Shown here: positions 8,361-17,292 of the stretch, piece by piece
Layout: every line of letters begins with the position of its first letter
How positions within the stretch are numbered: position 1 is the stretch's first letter
Sequence record: MN176217
Reading direction: 5' to 3' (one strand)
Length of the DNA: 64,000 bases
From: Escherichia phage vB_Eco4M-7
Made by a program: the position numbers and the translations under genes
The notes under the pieces: generated by a model
Database searches by the model: none
What the model saw: the letters and a program-made list of their open reading frames with translations, nothing else
What the model was told of the DNA's origin: nothing

Positions 8361-8663
8361 ATGACCACTTTAATCTCTTCTATCCTTACTTACGACGAAG
8401 ACCGTTTAACCGTTCGCTCTCTTATCGCCGCCGTTAACGCGGAACTAGAATCCACCATTATTAAGGTCCGCGCGGTCGCTTTCGTCGGCCTTTCCTTCGA
8501 CGATATTAAGTACGCCGAACGTAGCGTCATCCGCTTCGCGAAGACCGATGACGAAGCCGTTACCCTTATCGAGACGGTTACGCCGCGCGGCGAAGCGTTA
8601 ATTATCGTCGAGTATATCGACGTAGAAGGCGATAAGGCTTATAAATATTTTATCGCAAAATAA
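8361..8663 (+). CDS. hypothetical protein
   Basis: ORF track frame 8304..8663, start moved to ATG 8361 after GGGAG; CpG-rich codon choice. Confidence 0.5.
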   Translation: MTTLISSILTYDEDRLTVRSLIAAVNAELESTIIKVRAVAFVGLSFDDIKYAERSVIRFAKTDDEAVTLIETVTPRGEALIIVEYIDVEGDKAYKYFIAK

Positions 8664-8717
8664 CGAAAAAGTGCTTTACTTCTTCGTACACTAAGACTAT
8701 AATGTTTTATATCGAGA
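8664..8717 (+). promoter_or_regulatory. promoter-like element (copy 3)
   Basis: CGAAAAAGTGCTTTACTTCTTCGTACACT, TATAAT 8698-8703, GTTTTATATCGAGA. Confidence 0.5.
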
Positions 8718-8770
8718 GGGGATGAGGTAGCGAATAGGTCGCTACCCTCCCGACTAACTAGGAGAATATT

Positions 8771-9061
8771 ATGATTACTTTAGCCGCTATCCGCGACGCT
8801 CGCGTCGAGACTTCCGAAAATTCCAACGTATTTGGCGAAAAGCTTAAAAACGTCTATCTTTTTAACGTAGACGCAACTATCGAGCCTATTTATGAGCCGA
8901 TCAACTTCCTCGACCTTTACAAGTATCGCGACGAGGACATCGTATCATCCCGCGTAACGATCAACGGCTTCGTCTATACGATTACCGAAATCGGCGGCGA
9001 ATATCTCGCGGTCCCGCAACTCGGCGGCGAAGTAACTTTCTTTAAAATCGTAAGCCTGTAA
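8771..9061 (+). CDS. hypothetical protein
   Basis: ORF track 96 aa; RBS AGGAGAA upstream. Confidence 0.55.
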   Translation: MITLAAIRDARVETSENSNVFGEKLKNVYLFNVDATIEPIYEPINFLDLYKYRDEDIVSSRVTINGFVYTITEIGGEYLAVPQLGGEVTFFKIVSL

Positions 9062-9072
9062 GGAGAAGGAAG

Positions 9073-9282
9073 ATGACTAATATGAATAATTCTCTTAACG
9101 CGCGCGCCCATCGCACCGCCGTAATCGATATGTTCCGCGAGCTTAAGGAATTATGCGATAATATGAACGCGATGTTATCCATCGGCGGCTGGGGATACGA
9201 AGAAGAGGTTAAATACGCGGTTATGCGTCGCCGTCGCGATAACGTCCTTGGACAAATTAAACGCGCCGGATTATTCCTTTAA
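9073..9282 (+). CDS. hypothetical protein
   Basis: ORF track 69 aa; RBS GGAGAAGGAAG upstream. Confidence 0.5.
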   Translation: MTNMNNSLNARAHRTAVIDMFRELKELCDNMNAMLSIGGWGYEEEVKYAVMRRRRDNVLGQIKRAGLFL

Positions 9283-9307
9283 TTATAATTACCCACCGTT
9301 ACTAATA

Positions 9308-9333
9308 GGCCGCGCTTAGTCGCGGCTTTTCTT
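9308..9333 (+). terminator. rho-independent terminator
   Basis: GCCGCG-CTTAGT-CGCGGC hairpin followed by TTTTCTT. Confidence 0.6.
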
Positions 9334-9453
9334 CGTCCCTATCTCGATGCGCTTCTCCGCGAAAACTCCTTTATCCTTCCCTTCGTCGTCGCATAATCTT
9401 CGTCGAGATGCGCCTTAGTTCGCATAACAGGTATTACGTTAAATGGAGAACAT

Positions 9454-9526
9454 CGCGTAAGTCGTTGTTTTATATAGACACATATATCGGACCGTTAGGG
9501 CGGGTCGCGTAAGTCGTTGTTTTATA
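9454..9526 (+). repeat. direct repeat of 21-mer CGCGTAAGTCGTTGTTTTATA (two copies)
   Basis: Copies at 9454-9474 and 9506-9526. Confidence 0.8.
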
Positions 9527-9987
9527 AAGGCGCAAAACTTTCCCTTCGTTCCGAACTAAAACGAGAAATATGCCGACCCTTCGCCCGAAAATAGTACGCA
9601 TGCGAAATTACATGCATCTCGAATAATCCCCACCGATACTATCCTACACGCAATCATTCGCTTTCGAATCATTATGCTTCATATTATCATGCGTCGAATC
9701 ATTCGCTTTCGAATTGTAACGCTGGAAACTGTAACGGCGATTGATTATTGCGTTCGTGTGGTTTTTATGGCATGGGTCTTTTGGTGCGTTTTGCTACTTG
9801 ATGGAATTTGCGGTACACTAATCAAAATACGACACATTTGGTCCACTAACTTTTCAAAGAAAAAGTCCTAGACAGTACCGTACTATTTTGTACCCACAGG
9901 AAATTTGCAGTACACTCCTGCGCAGCAGGCAAAATAAAGGGCCGCACTAAGCGACCCACGATTCACGGTTAAAGCAACATCCACCCA

Positions 9988-10389
9988 CTATTCAATCTTA
10001 TGGGCATCACCAAAACCATCAGCAATCTGGCTGATCAACGACTCAATGGACACAGTTTTACCAATTGATCGAGCGGTAATAGCAAGCATATTATCAATCA
10101 AGCCACGATTGACTTCACATGTTCCAGGCTTTAACTCATCTTCAGAACAACCAAAAAGCTGGTCGCGCAGACTTTCAAGAGAACGCTCAATATTTTCCAA
10201 CTTCTCTTCTAAATCGGATTGGCGACGTAAAACCCATGTCAAGTCACGGTTGCCGACTTCCAATCCATCAGAATAGCAAGGTGGAGCGTCAATTTTGATG
10301 CTGGAACTAAAAGCAGTGCCGCTGCCTTTAGTATAAGTATGGCTCATAGAATCATTTTGGCTCATAGAATCATTTTTATTTGACATATC
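9988..10389 (-). CDS. hypothetical protein with tandem N-terminal SMSQNDSMS repeat
   Basis: ORF track frame 9988..10452, start trimmed to ATG with AAGG RBS; tandem 17-nt repeat at 10340-10380. Confidence 0.5.
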   Translation of the reverse strand, partial: DMSNKNDSMSQNDSMSHTYTKGSGTAFSSSIKIDAPPCYSDGLEVGNRDLTWVLRRQSDLEEKLENIERSLESLRDQLFGCSEDELKPGTCEVNRGLIDNMLAITARSIGKTVSIESLISQIADGFGDAHKIE

Positions 10390-10483
10390 ATTACCTTTAA
10401 TATTTGGGTGATTAACAATAACTATAATAAAGCCGCATAGCGCGCCATTCAAATCGATTTATTAATTGTGACGATTGGATTCA

Positions 10484-10711
10484 TCAATCGATACAAATTG
10501 TGCAGGGTCGCCGGATACAGTTGCGCCGATGATACCCATCTGAGAGAAAAAATTCTGAATAAACTTCCTTCCAGTACTTACGCGCTGCTTTCTGGGCTTG
10601 ACCTTTGCGCTTGAAGCTTTTACCTTGAAATATGAAGCGGTCTTTTGGTGCGTAATACTCCACCACACCTTCCAGCCATTGTAAGAACGCTACTGATTCA
10701 TTTTTATTCAT
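10484..10711 (-). CDS. hypothetical protein; possible +1 frameshift or homopolymer error at T6 run
   Basis: Two overlapping ORFs (10484..10711 and 10462..10668) join at a T6 run near 10545-10552. Confidence 0.35.
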   Translation of the reverse strand: MNKNESVAFLQWLEGVVEYYAPKDRFIFQGKSFKRKGQAQKAARKYWKEVYSEFFLSDGYHRRNCIRRPCTICID

Positions 10712-10718
10712 ATTAACC

Positions 10719-11114
10719 TCAATATTTTAATAAGAAAGCACCCAACCAACTTTCCTCAACCTCACGGCCAGTAGCCACACGGTCGGTCTTGGCTATGGGT
10801 CTGTATTCGCCACAGGGCAATCCGTCTTGTAGTTGTGTACTATTGCCAATTCTCACCAGAACCTTTCCATCAGGGTCGATATAAGCGCGACAACCCATGA
10901 TTTCGAGTCGTTGTAGACACTGGCGAATCGTTTTCAGCTTCTCACCGGACCGGATAGAGCGCGGTCGCGACCGCTGACCGTTTTTATTCACTGTACGCTT
11001 GGCGACCGGAATATCATTGGTGCGTTGCGGCTTGGGTCGGTAATAAGCCTCTTCGCCAGGAGTCGCACCTGGCGTCAGTTCGCGCTTGAGCGCCTTTTCA
11101 ATATCAATGATCAT
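10719..11114 (-). CDS. hypothetical basic protein
   Basis: ORF track 131 aa. Confidence 0.5.
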   Translation of the reverse strand: MIIDIEKALKRELTPGATPGEEAYYRPKPQRTNDIPVAKRTVNKNGQRSRPRSIRSGEKLKTIRQCLQRLEIMGCRAYIDPDGKVLVRIGNSTQLQDGLPCGEYRPIAKTDRVATGREVEESWLGAFLLKY

Positions 11115-11117
11115 GAT

Positions 11118-11216
11118 TTATGCCGCAGCAGCGTGGATGATTGCGTAAACGATTCCAAACAGGGCGACAACACAAACCGTGCCCCAAAATGCAAAGCGTC
11201 GTGCCTCTTTATCCAT
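11118..11216 (-). CDS. small hydrophobic protein (32 aa, single predicted TM helix)
   Basis: Hand-translated MDKEARRFAFWGTVCVVALFGIVYAIIHAAAA; RBS GGAGAAGGG 6 nt upstream; below ORF-track size cutoff. Confidence 0.4.
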   Translation of the reverse strand: MDKEARRFAFWGTVCVVALFGIVYAIIHAAAA

Positions 11217-11496
11217 TAGACCCTTCTCCGCTGTTAATGTTGTCTAGAATCAAGGTTGGAATTTCATCTTGAGTTCTGACTTTGTAATGCGAAGGCATTT
11301 TGCTTTCTAACAATGCCTGTTCGGCTTCTCCCTTTGTCTCAAAGAGCGGGATGCACCAATCAACTGCATCGCCATGTTCATCGCCTGTAACGGCTTTCAA
11401 AAAGACAAGGCGTTTGTCTGCAGGGTCGATTCCGCAAATTAAGTATTTTGGAAGAGCCTTTGCTTTCTGAGCCTTATCAATATCTTCAAATTTCAT
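11209..11496 (-). CDS. hypothetical protein
   Basis: ORF track frame 11209..11508, start at ATG 11496 (MKFEDID) with GAGGTG RBS. Confidence 0.5.
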   Translation of the reverse strand: MKFEDIDKAQKAKALPKYLICGIDPADKRLVFLKAVTGDEHGDAVDWCIPLFETKGEAEQALLESKMPSHYKVRTQDEIPTLILDNINSGEGSNG

Positions 11497-11577
11497 AAAA
11501 CACCTCACTTGTTAACGTATAATGAGTATAACTTAATTGCGCATAAAGTAAAGGCGCTTTTCAGCGCCTTGAGTGAA

Positions 11578-13917
11578 TTATTTTGCTGCTTTCAGCGCGG
11601 CTATCTCTGCCTCGAGAACCTCGATGCGGTCCATCAATGCAAGAATAGCCTCGTGGTGCAGTGCTGCTGCTACGCCTGGTGTGTTGACAGATTTTATGTT
11701 ATCCAACGTCGAACCGTCGCGCAGAGTAACAGGCGATGACTGTGTTTCAGATACTGCTTCAGGAAAGTCTTTCTCTACATCCTGGGCGATGAAGCCAAAA
11801 CCGACGGAGCCATTAGTTTCCAGAGTCCATGCCACGCCTCTAATATTGCGCATCTTGACGAGTGGATCAGTGATCCGCTCAATGTTACTTTTAATACGTT
11901 CATCAGATATACTCCGCCACTCCTGACACCTTGCTATTCCATCGGAGCCAAAAAGATAAGAGGCCGCGCCGCCTGTCCCGCTGTAAACGTTCAATTGAGC
12001 GCGGTCCAGCGCGGTCGTGCTACTCCTTATGCCTCCGAGAATCCAGCTTCCGCTGTACCAGTCACCGCTGATTGAGTTTACAAAATTTCCTTCTGGAACG
12101 TTGGCATAGTTTTGAATCCTTATGGCGTTGTTTTCTGCAGCAGCAACGCCTACTGAATTAACTGGGGATGCAACAAGGTCTTTAGACCGGATATATGCAT
12201 CAACAAATATTGTTCCATCAGGGCGCAGAGTTCCAATCTGGGATGTGGAATTTGGCAACACCAATTTGCCATCTTGGTTAAATGCCCACTCTTGCACCCC
12301 ATTAGATATCACCGCACCTTGTTCAGATGTTAATCCATCAATCTTGCCGTATGCCTGCAAGAATGCTTGATACGCGATGTTCGTGCCAATCTTATATTCA
12401 GATTTTACACTACCGCCTCTGACAAGCGTTCCGGTTGCAGGTTTTACTGCGTCACCATTAATGACGCTCCAAGTCGTATTCGCGGCAACAAATCCACCAG
12501 ATGCACGAATCACCCAAACACCTTCAAAGGCATTAGGTCGAATTTCATTCGCATCATCACGTCCATAAGCGCCATTTGACAGCGATGCATCAAAGTTCAC
12601 GTCTACATAATAACCATCAGAAGTCCCGCGCATACTTCCAGCAGTTTTTACTATTTTTGGCTCAAATGCGCCATATCCTCGCGTCACGCCAGAGGTGCCG
12701 AATGCAGTAAGCATAGACACATTAGGTGAACCAGAAATATTTGGTGCAGCACTCTGCCTGACACGACCGTCGTTTGAAGATACACCTCCATCACCACGCC
12801 CGAATAAACCTGGGATTGAGCCTGCTTGAACGCCGTTGCGGTCTGGAACTCGAAATGTAGTTGTGCCGTTGCCTAATGAATACTTGCCGCGTTTCGCTGG
12901 GTCCGCTAACCAATCTGCATCAGCAATAGGCGAAAGCATTTGCGCATATGCCCAAAGTTCAGGCCAATCTGCACGATTGAGTAATTGGCCGTCAGAAACG
13001 ACTTCGTAAGGCTGGATGTAAGCACGACTGTCTCGCAAGTGGAAGTCGCCGACGCCATAGTTCATAACACCGTTCATGCTTGGGCCAACGGTGCCTGTGT
13101 TCACTAAGTTCTCAACCCAACGCTTGGTTGCAGCATCATAATCGTTTACCGGATCACCAGCAAGCGGAGTCGGCCCTTGTGGACGAATATTCAACCAAGC
13201 TTGAGCATTGTCTGCTGATCCTGTGCCGCCCATTGAAGTTGGAACGATGCTTTGATCAGCGACTTGTCCGAATCCAAAAGCAGACTTCATCCCCTGTATG
13301 GTAGTTTGACCTGTGCCGCCATTTGCGACTGGTATAACGCTTTGCGTGTTATAAACTTGAACCCAATCAGACCAGGATGATATATCGACGCTATACAACC
13401 TTTGGTATACTGTGTTTATCCAGTAAGGCGTGTATCTCTGCACACAGCTGTTCGTTGAAACTCCCGTTTGTAAAACTTCAAGTATTCCAGCTTGTTCTAC
13501 AGGATAGTTGAGTGCTGTTGACGCCCCAGCATTAGTCGGTTGGTAATATTGACCGAACCAGCTTCCGTTCAGCGCGTTAAGGTTTATGCCATTAGGAATT
13601 ACGCCAAAGTTTCGGACAGTACCCGTCAAAGTCGCGGCAGTAGTTCGAATGGAAAGCATATCACCAGCCGCCCAAGCACGCGCTGCAGTACCTTCCTGTG
13701 CACGCTGCACGGTCAGGACGTTTCCAACAACGGCTGTTACTGTGACGATTTCGAATTGGAGGCCTGTTGCGGCGTCAACGATTGTCGCCACTACACGCTC
13801 GTTTGCGCCCAAGGTCGGAAAGCCCGACCCTGAGCGAATTGTGATTGTGGTGTCTGAAGTCGTCGTTGGCTGAGCGAGCGCGACCTCAAAGTTGTTTTTG
13901 AATATTAGCCTTGGCAT
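11578..13917 (-). CDS. tail fibre/spike protein with C-terminal intramolecular chaperone (peptidase S74-like) domain
   Basis: 779 aa; Gly/Thr/Asn-rich fibre-like body; C-terminal SDERIKSNIERI...ALMDRIEVLEAEIAALKAAK resembles the autoproteolytic chaperone domain of phage fibres. Confidence 0.7.
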   Translation of the reverse strand: MPRLIFKNNFEVALAQPTTTSDTTITIRSGSGFPTLGANERVVATIVDAATGLQFEIVTVTAVVGNVLTVQRAQEGTAARAWAAGDMLSIRTTAATLTGTVRNFGVIPNGINLNALNGSWFGQYYQPTNAGASTALNYPVEQAGILEVLQTGVSTNSCVQRYTPYWINTVYQRLYSVDISSWSDWVQVYNTQSVIPVANGGTGQTTIQGMKSAFGFGQVADQSIVPTSMGGTGSADNAQAWLNIRPQGPTPLAGDPVNDYDAATKRWVENLVNTGTVGPSMNGVMNYGVGDFHLRDSRAYIQPYEVVSDGQLLNRADWPELWAYAQMLSPIADADWLADPAKRGKYSLGNGTTTFRVPDRNGVQAGSIPGLFGRGDGGVSSNDGRVRQSAAPNISGSPNVSMLTAFGTSGVTRGYGAFEPKIVKTAGSMRGTSDGYYVDVNFDASLSNGAYGRDDANEIRPNAFEGVWVIRASGGFVAANTTWSVINGDAVKPATGTLVRGGSVKSEYKIGTNIAYQAFLQAYGKIDGLTSEQGAVISNGVQEWAFNQDGKLVLPNSTSQIGTLRPDGTIFVDAYIRSKDLVASPVNSVGVAAAENNAIRIQNYANVPEGNFVNSISGDWYSGSWILGGIRSSTTALDRAQLNVYSGTGGAASYLFGSDGIARCQEWRSISDERIKSNIERITDPLVKMRNIRGVAWTLETNGSVGFGFIAQDVEKDFPEAVSETQSSPVTLRDGSTLDNIKSVNTPGVAAALHHEAILALMDRIEVLEAEIAALKAAK

Positions 13918-13955
13918 TTTACGGTCCTCGTTTTGTCGACAACCGTATTATAACC

Positions 13956-14297
13956 TTAATTTCTTTTGAGAGGAATATGACGGTTGCTGTCATTATTTGG
14001 TTTAATAATGAGCATAAAAACGATTAGAAAGATGATGGCTGATATACTTAATTCAATCAGCGCGGCTTGAGATATGGATTGATCTTCATGATACTGCTTT
14101 TGCATTTCCGCTTTCTTTTGAGCGCAAACTTCAGGTGATATATAATCGCCTTTTGAGTTGCCATAATAAATCTCGCCATTCTCAGAAATAAGCCTGCCGC
14201 AAATATCCGTTTCAGCCTTTGCACTTGACATCATAATAACGGTGCCAATGATAGCAGCGATTGTCCAGATTAGCAGTTGTGATAAAGTGTTGTTCAT
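13956..14297 (-). CDS. membrane protein (N-terminal signal/TM and C-terminal TM)
   Basis: ORF track 113 aa; hydrophobic segments at both ends. Confidence 0.5.
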   Translation of the reverse strand: MNNTLSQLLIWTIAAIIGTVIMMSSAKAETDICGRLISENGEIYYGNSKGDYISPEVCAQKKAEMQKQYHEDQSISQAALIELSISAIIFLIVFMLIIKPNNDSNRHIPLKRN

Positions 14298-14492
14298 GAT
14301 AACCTCTTTAATTCCCTTCCCGATGTGGGAAGGGTGAATATTATTTTACGCGAAAGAATAGGCGCGTGCCACACAGCGAGTCCCAACGGCCCTCACCATC
14401 CCATATCGACCCAACACCAGCAGCGATTGGTCCAGCAGAATTGGCGGCATTGGCCCAGGCGAGTCGTTTAAGCTTCCAACTGCACCAACGAT

Positions 14493-14744
14493 TCACAGTT
14501 CGCCTCCAGACTTCAAAATTAATCCCGCATAGATTATTGCCAGAGCTAAAGGCTCACCGTCGCCAGCCTCTCTATTCTCTTTGATTTGAAGAGTATCCTT
14601 AAGGAATTGCAACTGAACGTTAAATTCATTTTCAATCCCAAGCGTCACAGCCAATTCTTTTACAGAATCTGCATATGCCTTGTCTAGCACTTCTTTTGGT
14701 ACTTTTAAAGTTAATTCACTTGCCATTTTCTTTCCACTCCACAA
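14493..14744 (-). CDS. hypothetical protein
   Basis: ORF track 83 aa; alternative start at 14726. Confidence 0.45.
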   Translation of the reverse strand: MWSGKKMASELTLKVPKEVLDKAYADSVKELAVTLGIENEFNVQLQFLKDTLQIKENREAGDGEPLALAIIYAGLILKSGGEL

Positions 14745-14937
14745 ATGTGCTGCCGCTTGTTTCTCTGTTTAGCAGGTATCTGCCGCGCATCCCATGAAGG
14801 CTGAACTCAACCGTCGATGGATTAGATTTTGAAAGCCATATAGGTTGCCCGTCGAATGGACCGCCTACGCATGTATATTTCGCTTTTGGCTCACTCCTTT
14901 TGGGCCGTTTTGCCCGCTCTTTGATTGATAGTCTCAT
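14716..14937 (-). CDS. hypothetical basic protein
   Basis: ORF track 73 aa. Confidence 0.4.
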   Translation of the reverse strand: MRLSIKERAKRPKRSEPKAKYTCVGGPFDGQPIWLSKSNPSTVEFSLHGMRGRYLLNRETSGSTFVEWKENGK

Positions 14938-15152
14938 CAGTCTTCACCTTGAGATTCCAGACAAGTAAGGACAAGCCACGTCATCGGAAGAATCAAAACC
15001 AGAGAAATGAGGGACCAGATAGACCAGCACAAGATGACAGACTTGAATGTGTGAACGTCGCCAAACACAGCAGTAAAACAGAATCCCATTACAAACGCAA
15101 TAGCTGTGGAATGGTTGTCTATGGCTTTGATGGCACGGTCGATGAGTTTCAT
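14937..15152 (-). CDS. small membrane protein (two hydrophobic helices)
   Basis: ORF track 71 aa; AIAFVMGFCFTAVF and LISLVLILPMTWLVL. Confidence 0.45.
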   Translation of the reverse strand: MKLIDRAIKAIDNHSTAIAFVMGFCFTAVFGDVHTFKSVILCWSIWSLISLVLILPMTWLVLTCLESQGED

Positions 15153-15240
15153 ATTACCTCCGGTTTTGAGTTAATATGATTATAACGCAGACTTTCAGAA
15201 AGGCAAACTTTTTGTGAATTATGCCGTCCATGGCATTGTA

Positions 15241-15471
15241 TCAGTGTGAAGACACAATTAGTGTGCCACTTCCCTTTGCGAAAATTTCAACTCCTGGCGG
15301 GATTTCGATTGTGCCGTTAACAGCAATGCCGATCAGCTTGTCATCGGCCTTTTCCTCAAAACAAATTTCAGCAGCGCCGCCGCGAACTTGAATGAGTGCG
15401 CCGGATACGTTTTCGGCAACGGAAATAACGGAAGTATAAGAGGGAGTGAGTTGAATGTTGACTAGGGCCAT
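15241..15471 (-). CDS. small hypothetical protein, possibly cupin-like beta-barrel
   Basis: ORF track 76 aa; Gly-rich pattern loosely reminiscent of small cupins. Confidence 0.35.
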   Translation of the reverse strand: MALVNIQLTPSYTSVISVAENVSGALIQVRGGAAEICFEEKADDKLIGIAVNGTIEIPPGVEIFAKGSGTLIVSSH

Positions 15472-15485
15472 GGTTTACTCCTGAT

Positions 15486-15512
15486 AAAAAAATGGCCAGA
15501 AAGAATCTGGCC
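15486..15512 (-). terminator. terminator-like hairpin with U-tract on minus strand
   Basis: GGCCAG/CTGGCC stem; A7 run at 15486-15492 on plus strand. Confidence 0.4.
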
Positions 15513-15588
15513 GAAAGATCACCCTTTATCCACTACTAAGCTGGAATCATAATTTTACTTGATATAGCTTGTACAAGCAAACTATAAT

Positions 15589-17049
15589 ATGAATAAAATA
15601 TTAACACATAATTGGAAATTCATGTACCAGTTGAATCCTGCTTTAAAAGAAGTCTGGAAGACAAAAGCGCGATACAAAGTAATATACGGCGGTCGTGCAT
15701 CTTCCAAATCGCACGATGCCGCTGGTTTTGCTATTTATTTGGCGGCAAACTTCAAATTAAAATTCCTTTGCGTTCGACAATTCCAGAACAAGATTTCTGA
15801 ATCTGTATATACTCTATTAAAAGACAAAATAGAGATTTCTGATTTCAAAGATGAGTTCAATTTATTAAAGAACTCTATTGAACATAAAAGAACTAAATCT
15901 GAATTTCTATTTTACGGTATCGCACGTAACGTTGATGAAATTAAATCAACAGAAGGTGTTGACGTCCTTTGGTTGGAAGAAGCGCACGCGCTTACTGAAG
16001 AACAGTGGGACATTATTGAGCCGACAATCCGTAAAGAAGGGTCCGAAATATGGATCATCTTTAACCCTGATGAAGAGGCCGATTTCGTCTACCAAAACTT
16101 TGTTATGCGACCGCCGAAGAATGCCATTGTTAAAAAGATAAACTGGCAAGATAATCCATTCTTGTCGCAAACAATGCTGGACGTTATCGCAGGTATGTAC
16201 GAGCGTGACCCGAAAAAGGCAGAGCACGTTTATGGCGGTGTGCCGAAGACTGGCGGCGACAAATCTGTAATCAACCGCGCATTCGTTAAGGCCGCGCTAA
16301 ATCTCCACAAACACCCTATGCTGGGGTGGAGTTTGTCAGGGTCTAACCGTATAGGCTTTGACGTAGCGGACGATGGCGACGACCTTAACGCCACTGCATT
16401 CGTCACAGGAAACGTATTGCGCGGCATCAAGACGTGGGAAGGTCTGGAAGATGAATTGTTGAAATCGGCAAGCGGAGTTTGGAAAGATGCGCTTACATTT
16501 GGCGCTTCTATAACTTATGACGCCATCGGTGTCGGCGCTTTTGCTGGTTCAAAATTTGATGAACTGAACGAGTATGCAATACATGAAAATCCATCATTTC
16601 CAAGAATCGAATTTAATGCGTTCAATGCGCAAGGGTCTGTTGATGATCCTGATGACGTTTTTCTTGAATTACCACACGTTGAAATACTCAATAAAGACCA
16701 TTTCGCAAACATAAAAGCGCAAAAGTGGACTGAAATTGCAGAGAGATTCAGAAAGACATACGAATATGCAACTGGGCAAGCCGTATATCCGACTGATGAA
16801 TTGATTTCAATCGACACCGATGGTATACCGGAACTTGGGATTCCAGCTTGGACCACTGAAGAGATTGAGACGTTTCTTTTTGAGATGTCAGCGCCGCGCA
16901 AAGATACGTCTGTTCTTGGCAAGTTCAAAGTTGAATCCAAAAAGGATATGGCAAAGCGTGGAGTTAAATCACCTAACAAAGCGGACGCAGCAATCATGGC
17001 ATTGATGAAACCAATCGTTGCAGCATCCGGCTTCTTCTCTAACCTTTAA
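15589..17049 (+). CDS. terL: terminase large subunit
   Basis: 486 aa; Walker A YGGRASSKSH near N-terminus; start may be ATG 15622 because a TATAAT box abuts 15589. Confidence 0.8.
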   Translation: MNKILTHNWKFMYQLNPALKEVWKTKARYKVIYGGRASSKSHDAAGFAIYLAANFKLKFLCVRQFQNKISESVYTLLKDKIEISDFKDEFNLLKNSIEHKRTKSEFLFYGIARNVDEIKSTEGVDVLWLEEAHALTEEQWDIIEPTIRKEGSEIWIIFNPDEEADFVYQNFVMRPPKNAIVKKINWQDNPFLSQTMLDVIAGMYERDPKKAEHVYGGVPKTGGDKSVINRAFVKAALNLHKHPMLGWSLSGSNRIGFDVADDGDDLNATAFVTGNVLRGIKTWEGLEDELLKSASGVWKDALTFGASITYDAIGVGAFAGSKFDELNEYAIHENPSFPRIEFNAFNAQGSVDDPDDVFLELPHVEILNKDHFANIKAQKWTEIAERFRKTYEYATGQAVYPTDELISIDTDGIPELGIPAWTTEEIETFLFEMSAPRKDTSVLGKFKVESKKDMAKRGVKSPNKADAAIMALMKPIVAASGFFSNL

Positions 17050-17052
17050 CAA

Positions 17053-17292
17053 TCAAAGCATTCCGTGCTGAAGGTCGAGTTTTCTTGCAGCAAATGACCT
17101 GGCACGGAATCGCTTACCAGCTCTTACTGCTTGCCGAATCTTCTTTTGCATACACTTACGGTCAAAATCGTTGCGGTCAACGGCTTCGAGTAAATCCCGA
17201 CGCAAAGCACCTAGTGTCGACTTTTCGGATACTTCTATGCCCAGCGCGGCTGCAACATCTTTCAAAACATCGAGTTCGGTTAACGTTCTCAT
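17053..17292 (-). CDS. hypothetical protein
   Basis: ORF track 79 aa; opposite strand between terminase and portal. Confidence 0.45.
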   Translation of the reverse strand: MRTLTELDVLKDVAAALGIEVSEKSTLGALRRDLLEAVDRNDFDRKCMQKKIRQAVRAGKRFRARSFAARKLDLQHGML

